A DNA stretch of 56,734 nt, filler included, from Bipalium vagum (GCA_037834085.1; 3 parts of 3 records of this genome joined end to end with filler, not necessarily neighbours in it); one strand, 5' to 3'; positions 1 through 14,620 are shown, counted from the whole stretch's first letter. A program made the numbers and translations. The notes: a model not told the origin generated them from the letters alone.

Positions 1-69
<69 letters not shown>
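1..69. repeat. (ATT)n microsatellite at the window start
   Basis: Pure ATT run, about 23 units. Confidence 0.98.
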
Positions 70-71
<2 letters not shown>

Positions 72-479
72 CTAATTGGTAATCACAGTGAACTTTTACA
101 TCAAGGACAGAAAGAAGCTTTTCAATGCTTTACCAAAACAAATACAGGAGTTATTAACTTTTGAGCTCCTTCGATTTAACAGACGTGGCTCAGTTGAATC
201 AGAACGCTGATAAAGGAAATCAAAAAATGGTTTAGTCTAAACGATCTATATTTGATTTGTGTTTTGATCTTTTATTTTTGAAAGAAGCTGTTGTGTTATG
301 GAAAACTTTATGGAAAAGCAGAACATACGACGAAAGAAAAAGTAAGAAACCGGTTTAATGAAACATTTGTGATGAAAAAGTAATTTATATTGTAATGGAG
401 CTGGTATAAATTAAACAAAACGTGGATTAAAAGTTAGAACCTTTTAAGCAATACAATGGATTCCGTGTTATCAGTAGAA

Positions 480-1260
480 AAAATGATTACAGAATTCCTG
501 AATAAAAAATACAAGAACCAGTGGACTTAATAAGAAACTTACGAAAAAATCTAATATGAAAGTAGAAAATGTCAGGTGTTAGGCAAAATTTTATGAGAAT
601 AAGAAGAAATAGAGTTCTCAAAAGATGTATATGTGAGTAAATGCAGTGTCCATTTAATAATATATATTTAATATATGGGAAGCAAGGACATCGTTTTCGG
701 TTTTACCCATTTTTGGAAATTGGTACGCAGATATTTAAACCAGTGTTCTATATGTATGAGGAGATGGGCTGAATATTTTCAAACTGAAGTTTATAAAATG
801 ATTCCAATGATAACATAAAAAAAAATTTTCTCATTTATTCTGTGACATCCAGCCAACAACTCAGAATAGATGTGTAAATGATTTACGGATGTTTAATAAA
901 GATAATGGTATACAGTGGAATTTGGTGAAGATAGGTGGACAGAGGTTTGAAATGTTGTGGGATTCTGAAGCCTCAGCTGTATTGTTGAGTGAGGAATGCT
1001 AGAAGATATGAATTCAGAAACTGTCTTCGAGCAAAATGCAGCTGAACGATGTCATTTTAAAATGACGTAAAAGGCTGTTAGGGCCTTTACAATAAGAATT
1101 AGTTTGGAAGTCATACAGAGTATTTGTGATTTTCATTAAAAAAAATTACTTGCTAATGTCATTAGTGGTGTTGACATGATGAAGAAGTTCGGTTTGCGGT
1201 TAAGTTAGATCAACAACATTAAAGAGAAACCAATGATGAATACTTTGAAAATTTTTTTAT
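480..1260 (+). mobile_element. Decayed Ty3/Gypsy gag-protease remnant
   Basis: Broken frames contain LWDSEASAVLL (~895-930; retropepsin D-S-G-A-like) and VISGVDMMKKFG (~1158-1193; resembles the ILGMDFL motif); many stops. Confidence 0.45.
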
Positions 1261-1419
1261 GTTCCTAAAAATATATTTTGAAGAGTCGTTAAAAAATTAG
1301 ATTATTTGTTACTAGATATACATACATTTATATAGATATATATTATATATAATTTATCTGGTTTTATTATTCGTTTACATATACTGTTTTTCTTGTAAAG
1401 TTTTGGTTGAATAATACTA

Positions 1420-2546
1420 TATTAATACTATTCCATAAGTCTTTTTGGACAAAAGATTTCAAACAAAAATGTATTTTATAAAAAAAATTACTTTAATCAG
1501 TTATATAATGTTCATATAGAAGTTCGATTCTGTGGTTGAAAAACTGTTGATCCGATTCGGCGAAATAAGCGGAGATAGTATTTTTGATCTCACATTTTTC
1601 ACTGAAAACCTTTTCCTTCAAGAGCAATGCAATGATCTGAACAGATGATAATTTTATCGTTTTCATATCTGGACTTTGAGTGATTTAGGAGTTCCAAATA
1701 AAAGTCATTCAGCTTACTTCTGTTTTTTTTAGATGCTTGTGCTTTAACGTTACCTTATTGCAGAATAGCCTTTCGGTTTAGCAGAAATAGTCTCGTACTT
1801 TTTAATCTATCACGTAGTTGATCTAATTTTTCGGATGGAATCATACTTTAGTCGCTAGAATCAGTTGTTGACCAACATTTAACTACTTTTTTCGGTCAAC
1901 ATTGGAATAAAGAACCCATTTCCCATTATATGCTATAATTCTTTCAAGAAATGAGTCTAAATTTAGCGGGCGAGCAAGGACGTACATATTGTGACTCAAT
2001 TTAAAGGTAAAGGGTGTGGATTCCATTTACTCCACATAAAAGAGATTTCCATCTTCAGTCAGATTTCGATAGACAGGCGTTTTGGAAGGGTATCCATGAG
2101 TTTGGCCAATTCAAACATGTTTTGACGGAGAATTTCATGCACAAGTGCTTTTAGGTCATCGTTTTTTGATTTTATGGGTCGACCCGATCTTGACTTTTCC
2201 TTAAGATTGTAATCTTTGTTGCGAAACTTTCTGAACCATTTTTTACATTTATTTAGACACAGAAGAGCGACCAGTACCTCGCATTCCTCTAATATGGCTG
2301 TTTTGTGTTTAATCAACATTTTAAGTCATATAGCATACATGTTCTAATCATTTCTTCTGTAAAGAAAATTTCTAAAATTAATAAGTAATGTAGTTCTCAT
2401 AAAAACTGTTATTGATATGAATAATATTATTTGATTACATGTAATTTCAAAATTTTGATGTATCAATAAATCAAATAGATTTAAGATAAAACTACATTAA
2501 ATATTAGTCAATGAAAAACCATATAGACTTGTTGGAATGACCTGAT
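1420..2546 (-). mobile_element. Defective mariner (DD34D) transposon
   Basis: ORF 2059-2319 has the mariner HTH region WFRKFRNKDYNLKEKSRSGRP; the rest of the transposase is frameshifted; degenerate TIRs (TATTCCATAAGTC ~1429; GACTTGTTGGAATGACCTGATA ~2527-2546). Confidence 0.8.
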
Positions 2547-2779
2547 ACTTATTATTTATCTTTTAATTTGCCACATATTTTTATTTTATTTTCTTCTAAA
2601 TAGTCTAAGGTAAAATAATTTTTAAAAGCGTATTTCGAAGATATAACAAAACATTGTATAGAATATTTTCTTAATTAAGAATATTTATAAGTTTTTCTTT
2701 ATTCAATTTAACACACTTAATTTATTTGCATATGAAATGTTTACAGGAAAAATAAATAAAATTTTGGGAAAGTAAATAT

Positions 2780-3400
2780 TTTTATCTTCTCAAAAAAGAG
2801 ACCGGATAATTTCAAAATGATTTTGATAGAAAATCTATAAAGATTGATAACACTTCTTCTTAATTTGTTATTTGCCAAATAAATCATGATATCTCATGTT
2901 TTTCTCTCTATAAATCTGGTTTGTTTATCACCTTATCCATAATAAAAATGATGACTGCACTAAAATGGAGTTCTAAAGACTTGAAAATAATTATTAAACT
3001 AAATGTTACGTAATGTTGTCGAACAAGAATCGAAGACGCTAATTTAATTCCGAATAAAAATTAATTTGGTATTACTACCAAGATATTTTCTTTTGGGAAT
3101 TAAAATACTTCAAGTGATTTTTGTTAATTTAAAATATTTCTTTGACAACATTTTAATGTAATAATTATCTTTCGAATGTCTTTCGCTAACAGAAATCAGC
3201 CATTTAACTTCACAGTCTTTACAGTTTTTTTTCGTTTTTCTTGGACTTGCAGCACCAGGGTATTTTCTATTTAGAATCTAAAAACCTTGGGTCCTAAAAA
3301 TATCTGTTTCTTTGAAGTCTTGAAAACTTACTAAAATCAGTTCTTAAACAATAAAACTTTGAACTTCAAAAAAGGATGGTTACATAATGGATGTGATATG
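2780..3400 (-). mobile_element. Possible MULE-like transposase remnant
   Basis: Minus-strand fragment RKTKKNCKDCEVKWLISVSE...YYIK resembles a MULE/FAR1-type zinc-ribbon; heavily decayed. Confidence 0.25.
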
Positions 3401-4092
3401 AATATTTTTTGTGATTTTTTTATAAATTGAATTTTTCTATAATGTTTTGCTCCAAAATAAAGATATTTTTATTTTTATTTAAATGTTGATTGTCGTAATA
3501 AATTAATTTATTAAGTAATTTTTATTTTTAATTAACTGAATTTACTTACTTAAATTAACGTTAGTTATTTACAAAAATATTGAACGTTTTCAAATTTTTC
3601 TTTATTAGAACTATCATAAAAAATTTCTTGGTGTGTAATTTTCTTTGTAAAAAATTTACAAAATAATATTACTTTTGAATTATTTATTAATTTCTTTTTT
3701 TACGAGTTCATCATAAAATATCATTTTAAAAAATGTAATCTGTTTTTTAAGATAATATTCATAAAATCTTTATTAAAAACCGCAATTAAATACTTGATGA
3801 GAAGAGAACCTTATATTTTCATCTTTAAAATAATGGTCAGAGTGACATCAAAAATTAATATTACCTTATTAATATTTAGATTTGAAGACTTCAATTTACT
3901 CTTAATTTTTGAACAAACTGTTTTAATCTTTATCTATCACATTAGAGAATATATGAAAGAATATAGAAACTAAAAAATCATCAATTAATTATGAACCTTA
4001 AAAATTGATCAAAATAATATACAGTCAAAGTTGTCTATAATGAGCTTCAGAAAGCAAAAACTGCAAAATAAAATAATTACACTTCATGTAAA

Positions 4093-5531
4093 ATTGATGG
4101 TGAGTTAAAAGTTCATAAATAAAAGATTGTTCAAACTTCCTACAGGTAATGAATTCATGAAAATTTTACATTTTCATAAAGATCAAAAATGCGGATTTAT
4201 TTTTTTAACTAAGTTGAATTACAAGATATGTTGTATTTTATCAAAATAGTTACAAATATGATATGTACATAAATCATATTTTTATTCGAAGTGTCCACCC
4301 TCATTTTCTAAGCATGCTTCCACCCTATGAGTGACATTTTCCACGGTTTCATGAAGGTTAATTTCTGTCACAATCTGTACAGCTTGGATGATATTCCTTC
4401 AGTATTTCACGACTATTTGGGCGATTGCCGCCTGAATAAACTTTTTCTTTCAAGAATGACCATAACCAGATCAGGGTTTTGGGCAGGCCATTTGTCAAGA
4501 AATCCTCTTGAAATTATTTTTCCAGAACCGAAAGTGTACCCTTGCTTGTTTGGCAATATGGGGAGCAGCACCATCTTGTTGGAAAATTAAACGGTTAAAT
4601 CTTGGCATTGATTTGAGACTCGGAATAAGATAGTGAATAAGCATATCCAAATATCGTTCCCTATTTATAGACTGACTATTGCCATTATCCTCAAAGAAAT
4701 ATGGTCCAATAAGAAAGGAAAACGACATCGCAATGAATACGTTGACCTTTGCCGAGAATGTTAAGTATTATTGGGCTTTTGCGTCCCCAAAATCGAAGAT
4801 TTTGCCTGTTCACCTATCCATTGAGATAGAATGAGCATTCATCACTCCATACAATTCTGGATAAAAATGTATCATCCTTGGATATATTTGACAGCATCCG
4901 TTTGCAAAAGGCATAACGATTTACCTTATGTTTGTCTGAGAGAGACTGCCCAATTTTGACTTTATAGGGAAATAATTTCAATTCACGTCTGAGATACGTA
5001 TGAACTAATCCAATAGAGGAACCTGAAGCGGAACTTAGTTTCCTTATGCTAGTAGATGTTCCCTCTGCTTTTTAAAACAGTATCAATATCCTTTTGTTTC
5101 TCTTCTGAAGCTCTAGGAGATCGCACATTGTGATCTTTATTAATGCAATCAGTTTGCTGGAATTTAAAAATAATTTTTCTTATTTGCTGTATAGAAGGTG
5201 TGTCACTCTTTCGTTTTATTTTTTTTTCGGTTTGAAATTTTCTCTGAGTATCAGCGAAACTCTCAGTTTTACAAAATAGCTCTACCAGCCTAATTTTATC
5301 CGATTTTGATGATATGTAAGGCATATCTAAAAATAAAATATAATTTTAAACAAGTACATTTATTTATTGTCATTATTTATGCATTTAAACAACATAAGTT
5401 TATATATAAAGCAGGATTTACTAAATCCGCAATAAAGGTTATTCGATCAAATAAATTTATTTTCAATAAAACTTTACAGCATAAAAAATATTACGCTTTT
5501 ATTTATGAACTTTTAACTTGAACACCCGGTA
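4093..5531 (-). mobile_element. Tc1/mariner-superfamily element with DUF4817-type HTH and DDD transposase, pseudogenised
   Basis: ORF 5049-5324 (VELFCKTESFADTQRKF) and ORF 4495-4728 (IGPYFFE...FQQDGAAPH); exact 23-bp inverted match AGTTAAAAGTTCATAAATAAAAG at 4103-4125 vs 5496-5518; right end reads ...AACACCCGG-TA. Confidence 0.88.
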
Positions 5532-5939
5532 TTTTGGAAAATGGAAAAATGGCTTACCATTTATGATATTCCTACAAGAACCTCATAAATAAATGGGAAC
5601 AATTTGTTTCTTTAAAAAAGGCAAATTTTTGCACCTCCTATATAAATAATATGTTTTGGAAATAATAACTTTTAATATTTACTCGATCTGTTTTGAATTA
5701 AACTCTAAAAGGTTTTATAGAAAAAGGAACTTTAGGGATTTTTCATCTCAATTTTTAAAAAATTGAACAGTTCAAAGAAAATTTTTAAATTTCAAAGAAA
5801 ATGTTAGGATTCTCCTTAAAAATGGAATTATCATAATTCCTTTTGATTTTCCATATCTATTTTGTAAATTATCTTTTTAGTAGTTTTGTTTTTGTGAGAA
5901 TGTGCCTTTTATCTCTTGTTAAAATAAACTTTCTTACAG

Positions 5940-8900
5940 AATCAGAGTTTTGATGAAAGTTTTGACAGTGGACCATCAAATCCTCGCCCTTATATTGTTA
6001 AATCAGAGCCCAAGCCAGCTCCTTATCATAACAATAATGCACCAAGAATGTCAATACATGACCAAGTTCTTGATAACAAAGGATTGCCGTTTTCAAGTGG
6101 ACCACCACCTAGTAATAAAATGCCAAATCGATCAGTTAAGTCAAATGTTGACCATAGGGGTAGTCTTGATAAGCCAATTCACAGAACCCAGCCTCCTATG
6201 AATTTGCCACCCAGGGATATTTCGCCTCCTCCAGCTATGGAAACCGATGATATGCCAATAGTAATGGACCTTGCTCCATCAAAAGAAAATCAGGTTAGCA
6301 TACTGTGAAAGTATATCAACTAAATTATTATTTCTATTTTTAATTCAATTTAACTACAGAAGTTAGTAAAGACGAATGTTATAAAAATCCCTGTAAATAT
6401 ATTTCTTAGAACGGGCTTTGTTGATCACCATATAATATTTTGAAATTGTCATGTGCAATATATTTCTTATAATAATTTTCATCAATGAAAATTAATCTTA
6501 ATTAATTACTGGGCACTTTATAATATAATACCATTTTAAAGCTGCTCTGCATAATCATTAATTGTATCAATTATTATTTCTCTGTCAAATATTAAAAGAA
6601 ATTTATATATTGCTTATTTAGTTTAACAATTTAATACTCTCAATCAATTTTTAAACTTTTTACTATTACTATTATTATTTATTTATATTTTTATTATTAT
6701 TTATTATTATAATTATTATTTTCATATTCAATTACAGTATTTATGGGATTATGATACTGTCTGACTACTTAATCTATTTGGATTTAATAATGTTTCACTT
6801 CAAGGCTTCGAAAAAATATTAGCCAGCTCGGATTTCTTGCAATTTTTCCACAAAATAAATCATTATTAATTACTATTCAGAGTCTTAATATAATAAAACT
6901 ATATTTTTTAATAGAAAATCTTTTTGCTAAGAAAAAAAAACAATTTATCTCATTAGTTAATAAAAGTATTATACCGTAAAATTAGTTTTTTTTATAAACC
7001 TTTAATATTAAAAAAAAATATGATCAAGAATGAAACATGAAAATTTTCTCATTTTCAAGGAATAATAAACGACTTTTTCTATAATTTTTGAAATAACTTG
7101 TGGATAAATTAAAAAACAATTATTCTGCATAGCTTTGCAGACTTTGACAATTTTAGAGCTTAATTGTTCGCAACTCAATCATTCATTGCCTATGATTTCT
7201 TGTTTTCGTCAAATAAGTTTTTTTTAATTTTAATATGAATAAAATTAAATCTGATTGTGCATTGAGAAAATTGATTTTTCTCATTTCCATTATTTTTAGA
7301 TAACGTTATGCACTGTGAATCTCTTGGTTTAATGTTCGGCCGAATGTATGACTGAAATCCTATAATTTTCAATTTGTATCTTAACATGTTCATCGTGGGC
7401 ATTTCATGAACGAAATATTCGTATTGACAGTGCGTAATTAAATGCAGAGAAACCATTTTAAGCCCACGATTGGTTTGAAAATAGAAAATAATTCTCCTCA
7501 TTTTCTAATTCTTGTGGGCTGAAATAAGGAGCTTAACGAATTGATCTTCACGTTGAGTATTTCAAAACTCTTGTAGAGAGCTAAGTTTTATTGATTTAAT
7601 GGATTTTTCTAAAAATATATCGTTATTATTGTAAAATGATCTCTCATCCTTTTCTCTATTTATATCAAATCTGAAAATAAATAAATGTTTTCCAATTTTA
7701 ACGAAATTTACTTGATTAATTGGCTCGTATTTAACGATCCTTGGTCCATAATTAATTGCCTTTCTTTATTATTTAATTTAATTTAAGCTAATTAATCATT
7801 TATTTAATTTTGTTTCTTCGAGACTTAAACTGGTTTCGATAAAGTTACTATTTAATATAATTTATCATACTCTGGTCAATGGTTTGTGTATTTTAATATT
7901 TCAGAAAATATTTCTCAAGCCTGGTTATATTTAAGTTAGCGATAAATACCTTACATTACATCTGAATATTCTTGTTAATTACTTAAAGGTAAATAAAAAC
8001 TTAAATAAAACAAAATAATTTAATTAATTGGGAAAACGGGGAAGATTGAAAATTCATTTCAATCATTTTTAGTTGGAAAGTAAACTTAGAAATATGAATA
8101 CAAAAATACAAAATTCGTATTTTATGTGGTATGATTTCAAACATGGAAAGACTTCCACAGAATCATTCCCCAACAATATGTGGTGTGTTTGGTAATATTT
8201 TCATTATTAATAATCAATATCGAAAATGGTTTCAATAATATAAACATGGAAATGTAGATGGACGATATCCTTAAACGGTAGATAATGATGATGACTTTTA
8301 AAAAGTCATTGAGGTACGTGTAGATCCTCGAAAAATTACTCAAGAACTTGTTAAGAGGTTCAAATGCACCCCTGCGGAAAATTGGTCTACATCAACTAAG
8401 TCTTGAAAACTAGCATTTCTAACTTTACCCAATCTAATATCTATTAATTTTTTATAAAATTATTTAATCTGTAGACTTTTAATTAATCTTAAACAAGCTG
8501 TATTAAAAAAGCATTAATTTTCTGGTGCACTGAAGAAAAAACAAAAACCGATTCATTTTGGCTTGAAGTCTTTTCTTCAAATACCTTTCTCTCCAAATAT
8601 TGCGTCATTGGCTTATCATTTCTTTTGTCTCTACAGAATTTGATAACTGAGAAAACACTTTTTAAAGGATCTAATGAAAGTTACACGTTGTCTGATATTT
8701 TGGAAAGAAAAATTCTATAGTGATGAAATTGCCAATTTACCAATTACGTGAATTAGAAAAACTTTGCTCATAAATTAATAATGATCATAATGGTTAATGA
8801 AATTTGGATTGCTTTGTCTAATTTTGTTTCTGGCACTTTCAGAGATTTTTAATTATTAAAGAACTCAAAAGTCAATTGTTAATGAATGTATTCATTTCCA

Positions 8901-9093
8901 TCTCACTCTTTTAATTTAGAAAAAGAAGAAGGTTTTGTCAAATTCCGAAAACTATCGATCAAATGTTTTTGAAAACCAGGAAAATTATGGCAATAACGAA
9001 AATCTGTACGCTAACTCCAATTCAGTCATGTCAGACAATTTGGAGAGAAAGAGGTCGGTTTTCAAAAATCCTTTCAAGAAGAAAAAGTCTTGA
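5940..9093 (+). CDS. Last two exons (5940-6293, 8920-9093) of an unidentified Pro-rich protein with a polybasic C-terminus
   Basis: TTACAG acceptor; open frame NQSFDESFDSGPSNPRP...APSKENQ; CAG|GT donor; phase-0 acceptor TTTAG at 8919 continues KKKKVLSNSENY...ENLYAN...FKNPFKKKKS-stop (TGA 9091-9093). Upstream exons not identified. Confidence 0.7.
7030..7760 (-). mobile_element. Highly decayed Tc1/IS630-like remnant in intron
   Basis: Fragmented transposase-like frames only, no intact motif. Confidence 0.25.
8520..8800 (+). mobile_element. Mariner 3' fragment
   Basis: IPFSPNIASLAYHFF (~8581-8625) is a degenerate YSPDLAPSDYHLF motif. Confidence 0.6.
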
Positions 9094-10049
9094 TTTTCTC
9101 TTTTTACGGATTGTTCGAATCATCAAAACAAAGATTTCTCATTGCTGACCGACCTTCATTTGTTATTTAAGATTATTATCGTTATTATTATATGATATAT
9201 GACAATTTCTATTTAATGTAATGGGATTTTTTTCTAAATTTACAATTATATTTTATTTGTCTATTTTGTTTTGATAATCTCTTATTGGATTATAATCAAA
9301 TGATACTTTTTTTTCATTGTCTGTAAATTAAGTTTATTGAGAAAATTAATTAATTAGTAATATATTAATTAATGTGTTCTTATATTTTGTTTCTTTAAAT
9401 TGAAAATCTACCTGCACTGAATATTTATTATTGATACCTTAATTTTTATGTCTTAGGAAGAACACAAAAATTCGCAAATCACGTTTTATATTCATATTGT
9501 TCTTAGTACAGGTATAAATCTTCAAAAGCTGAAACTTTCAATACTTTATCATGGACAAAAAAATAAAATCAAAACATTGCCTGTGTTCGGCATTTTTATT
9601 AATTTCACTTATTTTATACTGATACTAATGTGCATAAAACTAAATAAAACTAAATCAAATGTTATTAAATATAAAATTATTATATATAAAATATTAAAAG
9701 TAATATTTGAATAGTTTACTTTGAAATGAATTTATTTTTATGATATATATCTTATAGCATTTACAAATCTAGTAAGAATAATAATAAATAGCATACTGAA
9801 TAGTAAACTTTAGCTGAGTACTCATAACTTAGCATTATTAGTATAGTAGAAATAGTAACTAAATATTGAGTGACCTAAAAATTTCCGCCGTTTTCGTTAA
9901 GGATTGTTTTAAGTTGAACTGCTAGCGACCTGTAAGTTATAAATGCAATATTATTATTAATTCTAATATAAAATAAATTAACTTATTTTAATTACTCGAA
10001 AAAAATCATTGATATCATTTTTTTAATAAACTAAATAAATTTCTGAAAA

Positions 10050-10545
10050 ATTCAAAACAAGAAAGAAATTACTTATATTCTTAAATTTTATTTCTTGAAA
10101 GGGAAAATGTCACCCAAGCTAACCAAAAAGATATGTGGTGTCTATGGAGCTAATAAAATATCAGAGAAAGCAGTCTGTGAATGATTTGGTCGTTTTCGCG
10201 TTACCAATTTCGATGTCACAGATGCACTTGTTCTGGAAGACCAATAGTAGATAAGGACGTCAAAATCTAGAAAATAATAGAAAAATATCATCATATAATC
10301 AGTTATGACATTGCAGAATCTCTTGGCATCTGTCAACAAACTGTATTAAAACATTTGGAAAACCTCGGATACAAAAAGAAGCTTGATATTTGGATGCGTC
10401 ATAATTTATCGGGAAAAAAACTTAATTGAAAATTTATTGAAACGTCATGAAATGGAACCATTTCTTGATAACGATCACTATTAATAACCAGTGATGAAAA
10501 AATGGATAAAATATGATAATAATATGAGGAAACGATCCTGGTAAT
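10050..10545 (+). mobile_element. Mariner 5' half, truncated
   Basis: Frameshifted KKEITYILKFYFLKG...QKICGVYG; WMRHNL (WVPHEL-like); ITSDEK/WIKYDN (first catalytic D). Confidence 0.8.
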
Positions 10546-12403
10546 TAGTAGAAATTTAGTAATTAAATATAAGGATAGTCCATAATGCTTAGTTAGTTAC
10601 CAATTTGTTCTTTATTTTAATATTATCATACATATTATTATTATTATTATTATTATATTATTTTAAAAATTTTGTATTTAGCTCAATAGTTACCTTTTTA
10701 ATAATTAGCAATTTCAAAGATAATATAATATTCATAAAAATTTAAATATTATTTTAATAATTTTAGAGACAAATTTTAAAAATTTAACTACATCTTTAAA
10801 ACTAGTAACATTAATTTAAAATAATATATGTATGCATGTATATTCATATTACAAAGAGCAGTTGAGAGCTACAAAAATTAAAATTTCTAAATCTGATCAA
10901 TTTAACTCAATTTTAAAATAATATAAAAATCATTTAACCCTTTCATTAAATTAACTAAACAAATATCAAATTTTTTAAGTTCATAAATAATTTATTATAT
11001 TTTATTAATTATATGTTTTGTATCGTTTCATTGATTTTCTTTTCTCAAAATCTGTCAAATATTTTTTAATTAAATCAATTTACTCATGATAAGAATTATA
11101 GCACTAAAAATTGAGATAAAAATTAAAATATATGAATTTAAAATTTTTATTTTTAACGCCGATCGAAATTAAACATCAATTGGGACAGATTTAATAAGAA
11201 AATTATTTTCATTCCTGAAATAAACTGGACTTTGAACTTAAAACGTTTCCTGAAATTCAATTCAATCTCGTAAAATATGATTACACAAAAATGAATAAAA
11301 AAATTATTTTTAAGGAAAATATTCTAAGACCAAAATTATTTCACAATTTATAAATCGTTTATTTTCCTTTAAAAACAATTTTAATTTTGTCAAAACTTAG
11401 AAAATTTTAAGTAATCAATTGAGAAAAATGGATTTTTTTCACAATTTTGACTAATAATTCAAAAAATAGTTTAATCCTTTTTAAAAAATTCTTATTATTA
11501 TTTCTCTTCATATCAGATGCTTATGCTTTAATTCTGTTTTACCAGAATATCTGGTTACTGAAATATTAATTTGATTACCACATTGATTTCAAAATTTCTG
11601 CCATTTTCGAATTTCTTTAATTAAGTGAAATTCTATCATATGTAAATATAAATGTTATGAAGAATTGGAATTAATTTTCAAGTATTTAAAATAGATTTCG
11701 ATGTTTTGGCTTGCTGGTATTACAATTCTATATTATATTCACCCTTCGGAATATATTTAAAACTAATAAATTATAAAACTTTACAATAAATATTATATAA
11801 TACTTATAAGTAAATTTTAAAAGTAAAACGTCTCATAGTCTGCTTATACTTATAATAAATAGTACTTATAAGAATAAATTCAATCATAAAAATGAAAAGT
11901 AAAATATTAAAAAATACAAAAAAATGTCATTTTTAATATTACTGAAAAAATAGATAAAATGTAACTGTTACTAATTCAAAAGAAAACAAATGATACAAAT
12001 TATAAAAATATTTTCTGAAATATCATCATACTGAAAAAGAAATTAAAACATGATATCCCTGTATTTCAATTAATTGTAATGAATCAAAACTAATCACAAA
12101 ATAAACTCAAGTCAGTGTAATCAAATAACAAATATATACGAAATCACACGGATGACAGTAAATAATATCTAATTGAAATTTTCCAGTTGATGACAATAAT
12201 TGAATACCAAAACGAGCACTAATACTGTGGGGACTCCCAGGCACAGACAAGCTGTCAGGACTGCCAGGAAAGGGGAAACAAAATTAACCTTTGAACACTT
12301 TTGTGATCCAAATTAATTTTTGTGGTGATCCCAATTCTCTTGTAAAAAAACATTTTTAGTTATACAATCTTTGTGTGTACAAAAACCTTTTATCCTTGCA
12401 TGC

Positions 12404-12483
12404 GAAATATTATTGAATGTTAAATTATTAGAAATATTATTGAATGTTAAATTATTAGAAATATTATTAAATGTAAAATTATT
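12404..12483. repeat. 27-bp tandem repeat x3
   Basis: GAAATATTATTGAATGTTAAATTATTA repeated three times, third copy with 2 changes. Confidence 0.9.
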
Positions 12484-13155
12484 GTTGATAAGTCCTGAAA
12501 AGTTGTAAATTATAAAAAATTATAAAATATATAAAATAAATAACAATAATAAAATATAATTTTTAAGAAAATAGTACTTTAATTAAAATACTAAATTCAG
12601 AATGATTAGTAAAAATAATTACTTAAAATAAAAATAATTACTAAAAATAAAAATAATGGCTTAAAATAAAAATAATTTAAAGAATATATATTAAAAGAAT
12701 TCAAATTAGTAAATGAAAATTACTAATTATAATTTAAAAAGAAAATTTTGTAGTATAAATTAAGTCGTTCGCAATTACGACTCAGAACATCAAAAATTTT
12801 AAATTGACAAGAATATTTGAGAAGAAGAGAAATTCGGTCATTTCAGTCAACACAAATTATTCAAGCCTCAGCAAAAGATGTCAAGTGTCTAACCAGCCAT
12901 CAAATCAACCAGAAATCGGATATTCTAACAGACGCCCAGTGACTATAAAAGCAATTGATAAATCATTCAAAAAAAAGAGAAAACAAAAGCAACCGAGTCG
13001 CGTCAAAAGCAGATATACCAGATTCAGAGTGTATCAACATTTATCCAGAACTGAGATCATTTAGACGTATCTACAAAGACAAAGATTCAGGTACAACCAA
13101 GTGTACCAATATCTAATTCCGGATCAAAACAATCTTCCACTCACAGACGAGGTCC

Positions 13156-13233
13156 CCGTTATTCACAGGATAAATCAAGAAAGGAACACTTGTCACCGTT
13201 ATTCACAGGATCAATCAAGAGAGGAACACTTGT
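13156..13233. repeat. 40-bp tandem repeat x2 in an LTR-like block
   Basis: CCGTTATTCACAGGATAAATCAAGAAAGGAACACTTGT repeated with 2 mismatches. Confidence 0.9.
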
Positions 13234-14620
13234 AAAAAGTTACTGTAGTTATATGCTTTCTTTATTTTACTATTTCAATTTGACTACATATTGAAAATTG
13301 TAAATAACTCTAACTGCTTATTAAAATCATACCGGAATTAAACAATTGGATAGCTCGCCAATTGTTATTCCAATATCAAAATCACCTTTTTATTTTATTT
13401 CTTTTTTATTTATTTTTGCTACCTCTACGTCAAGTAGGGCTGAGGAGCGCATTTTGAGTATCGAGGGCTCTTTTAGCAAGGATTACAAAGAGCATATCCT
13501 AATCTTTTACGGGACTTATCATTGATAATTGCGTTGTTGTTTTGAAATTTGATTTTGTTCGACAAAGTGTTTTTAAAAGGTTTTGAATCGTTAAAAAAAT
13601 AAAAGTATTTCGATTAAAATTAAAATTGTTTTGATTTGACTTAGTGAAATACAGTTTTATATTTTTATCACAGTTGCATTTTGAGTTATATTTATCAATC
13701 GCCATTACCCAGTCGATTTTAAAATAAACATATTTATAAACACAACCTTTCACCAAATCTGAACGTTACACTCAGTAAAATCCTTCTGATCTTAATACGA
13801 GTCCGTTAAGTTTTGGAACGACAGTTAAAATTGAAATTAATTAAACTATAACATTTATATTATAACCAAAAATTAACACTATTTTATTGGGCCTATTATT
13901 ATTTAATGAGTTCCCGGACTATTTTTGTGGTAATTATATTCGACTCTTTTATATTGAATTTTTATTGTTTCACATAGAAATTAAAAATTATTTAATTATT
14001 TCCATCTTGCACCTTAGATTTTAAAGGTAAGATTATTATTAAAGCGTTCTAGTGTAGCTTCAACAAATCTCTTTACCTCAAAAAGCCTCATGATTAATCG
14101 AATATAAACGGTATTTTCAGTTTACATTCTGATTTATGATGATGTGGGATAAAGAGAAAAATTATTTTTTGTGGGGAAAATTTTGATCACAAATCTATTC
14201 TGAATAAATCTACATATTCATTAAATAATATTGAACTACAACTGCAAATTATCAATGCTAATAACATAAAAATTATGTAGGTTTAGAAAACTCTGGGAAA
14301 AAGATATAAAGAATCAAACGAAGGCTATTTAAAAGGAAAAAATATTATTTTAAGCTAAGGTAACACTGAGTATAACATAGAATTATACCTTTTATGGGTT
14401 ACATTTATTACTAAGTAATTAATAATAAAAAAATGTAATTTTATTTCAAAAGAAAATAATTACTTTTATAAAATTGAGCAATAATATTTTATTTAGATAT
14501 CAAATTACCATACGATTATACTGAAAATAATAAAATTAAATAAGTGTTTAACTAAATCATATAATATTTGATTTTTAAAGATATTTTAAATAGTTATCTG
14601 TGTTCGTGACATCTGCAATT

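Noticed and set aside
12225-12280. Short GC-rich patches (also 33795-33825) as tRNA, snoRNA or SINE
   Set aside because: No cloverleaf, A/B boxes or convincing C/D pair could be identified.
12404-13233. CRISPR-like arrays from the 27-bp and 40-bp repeats
   Set aside because: Head-to-tail tandem copies with no spacers, no cas genes, eukaryotic context.
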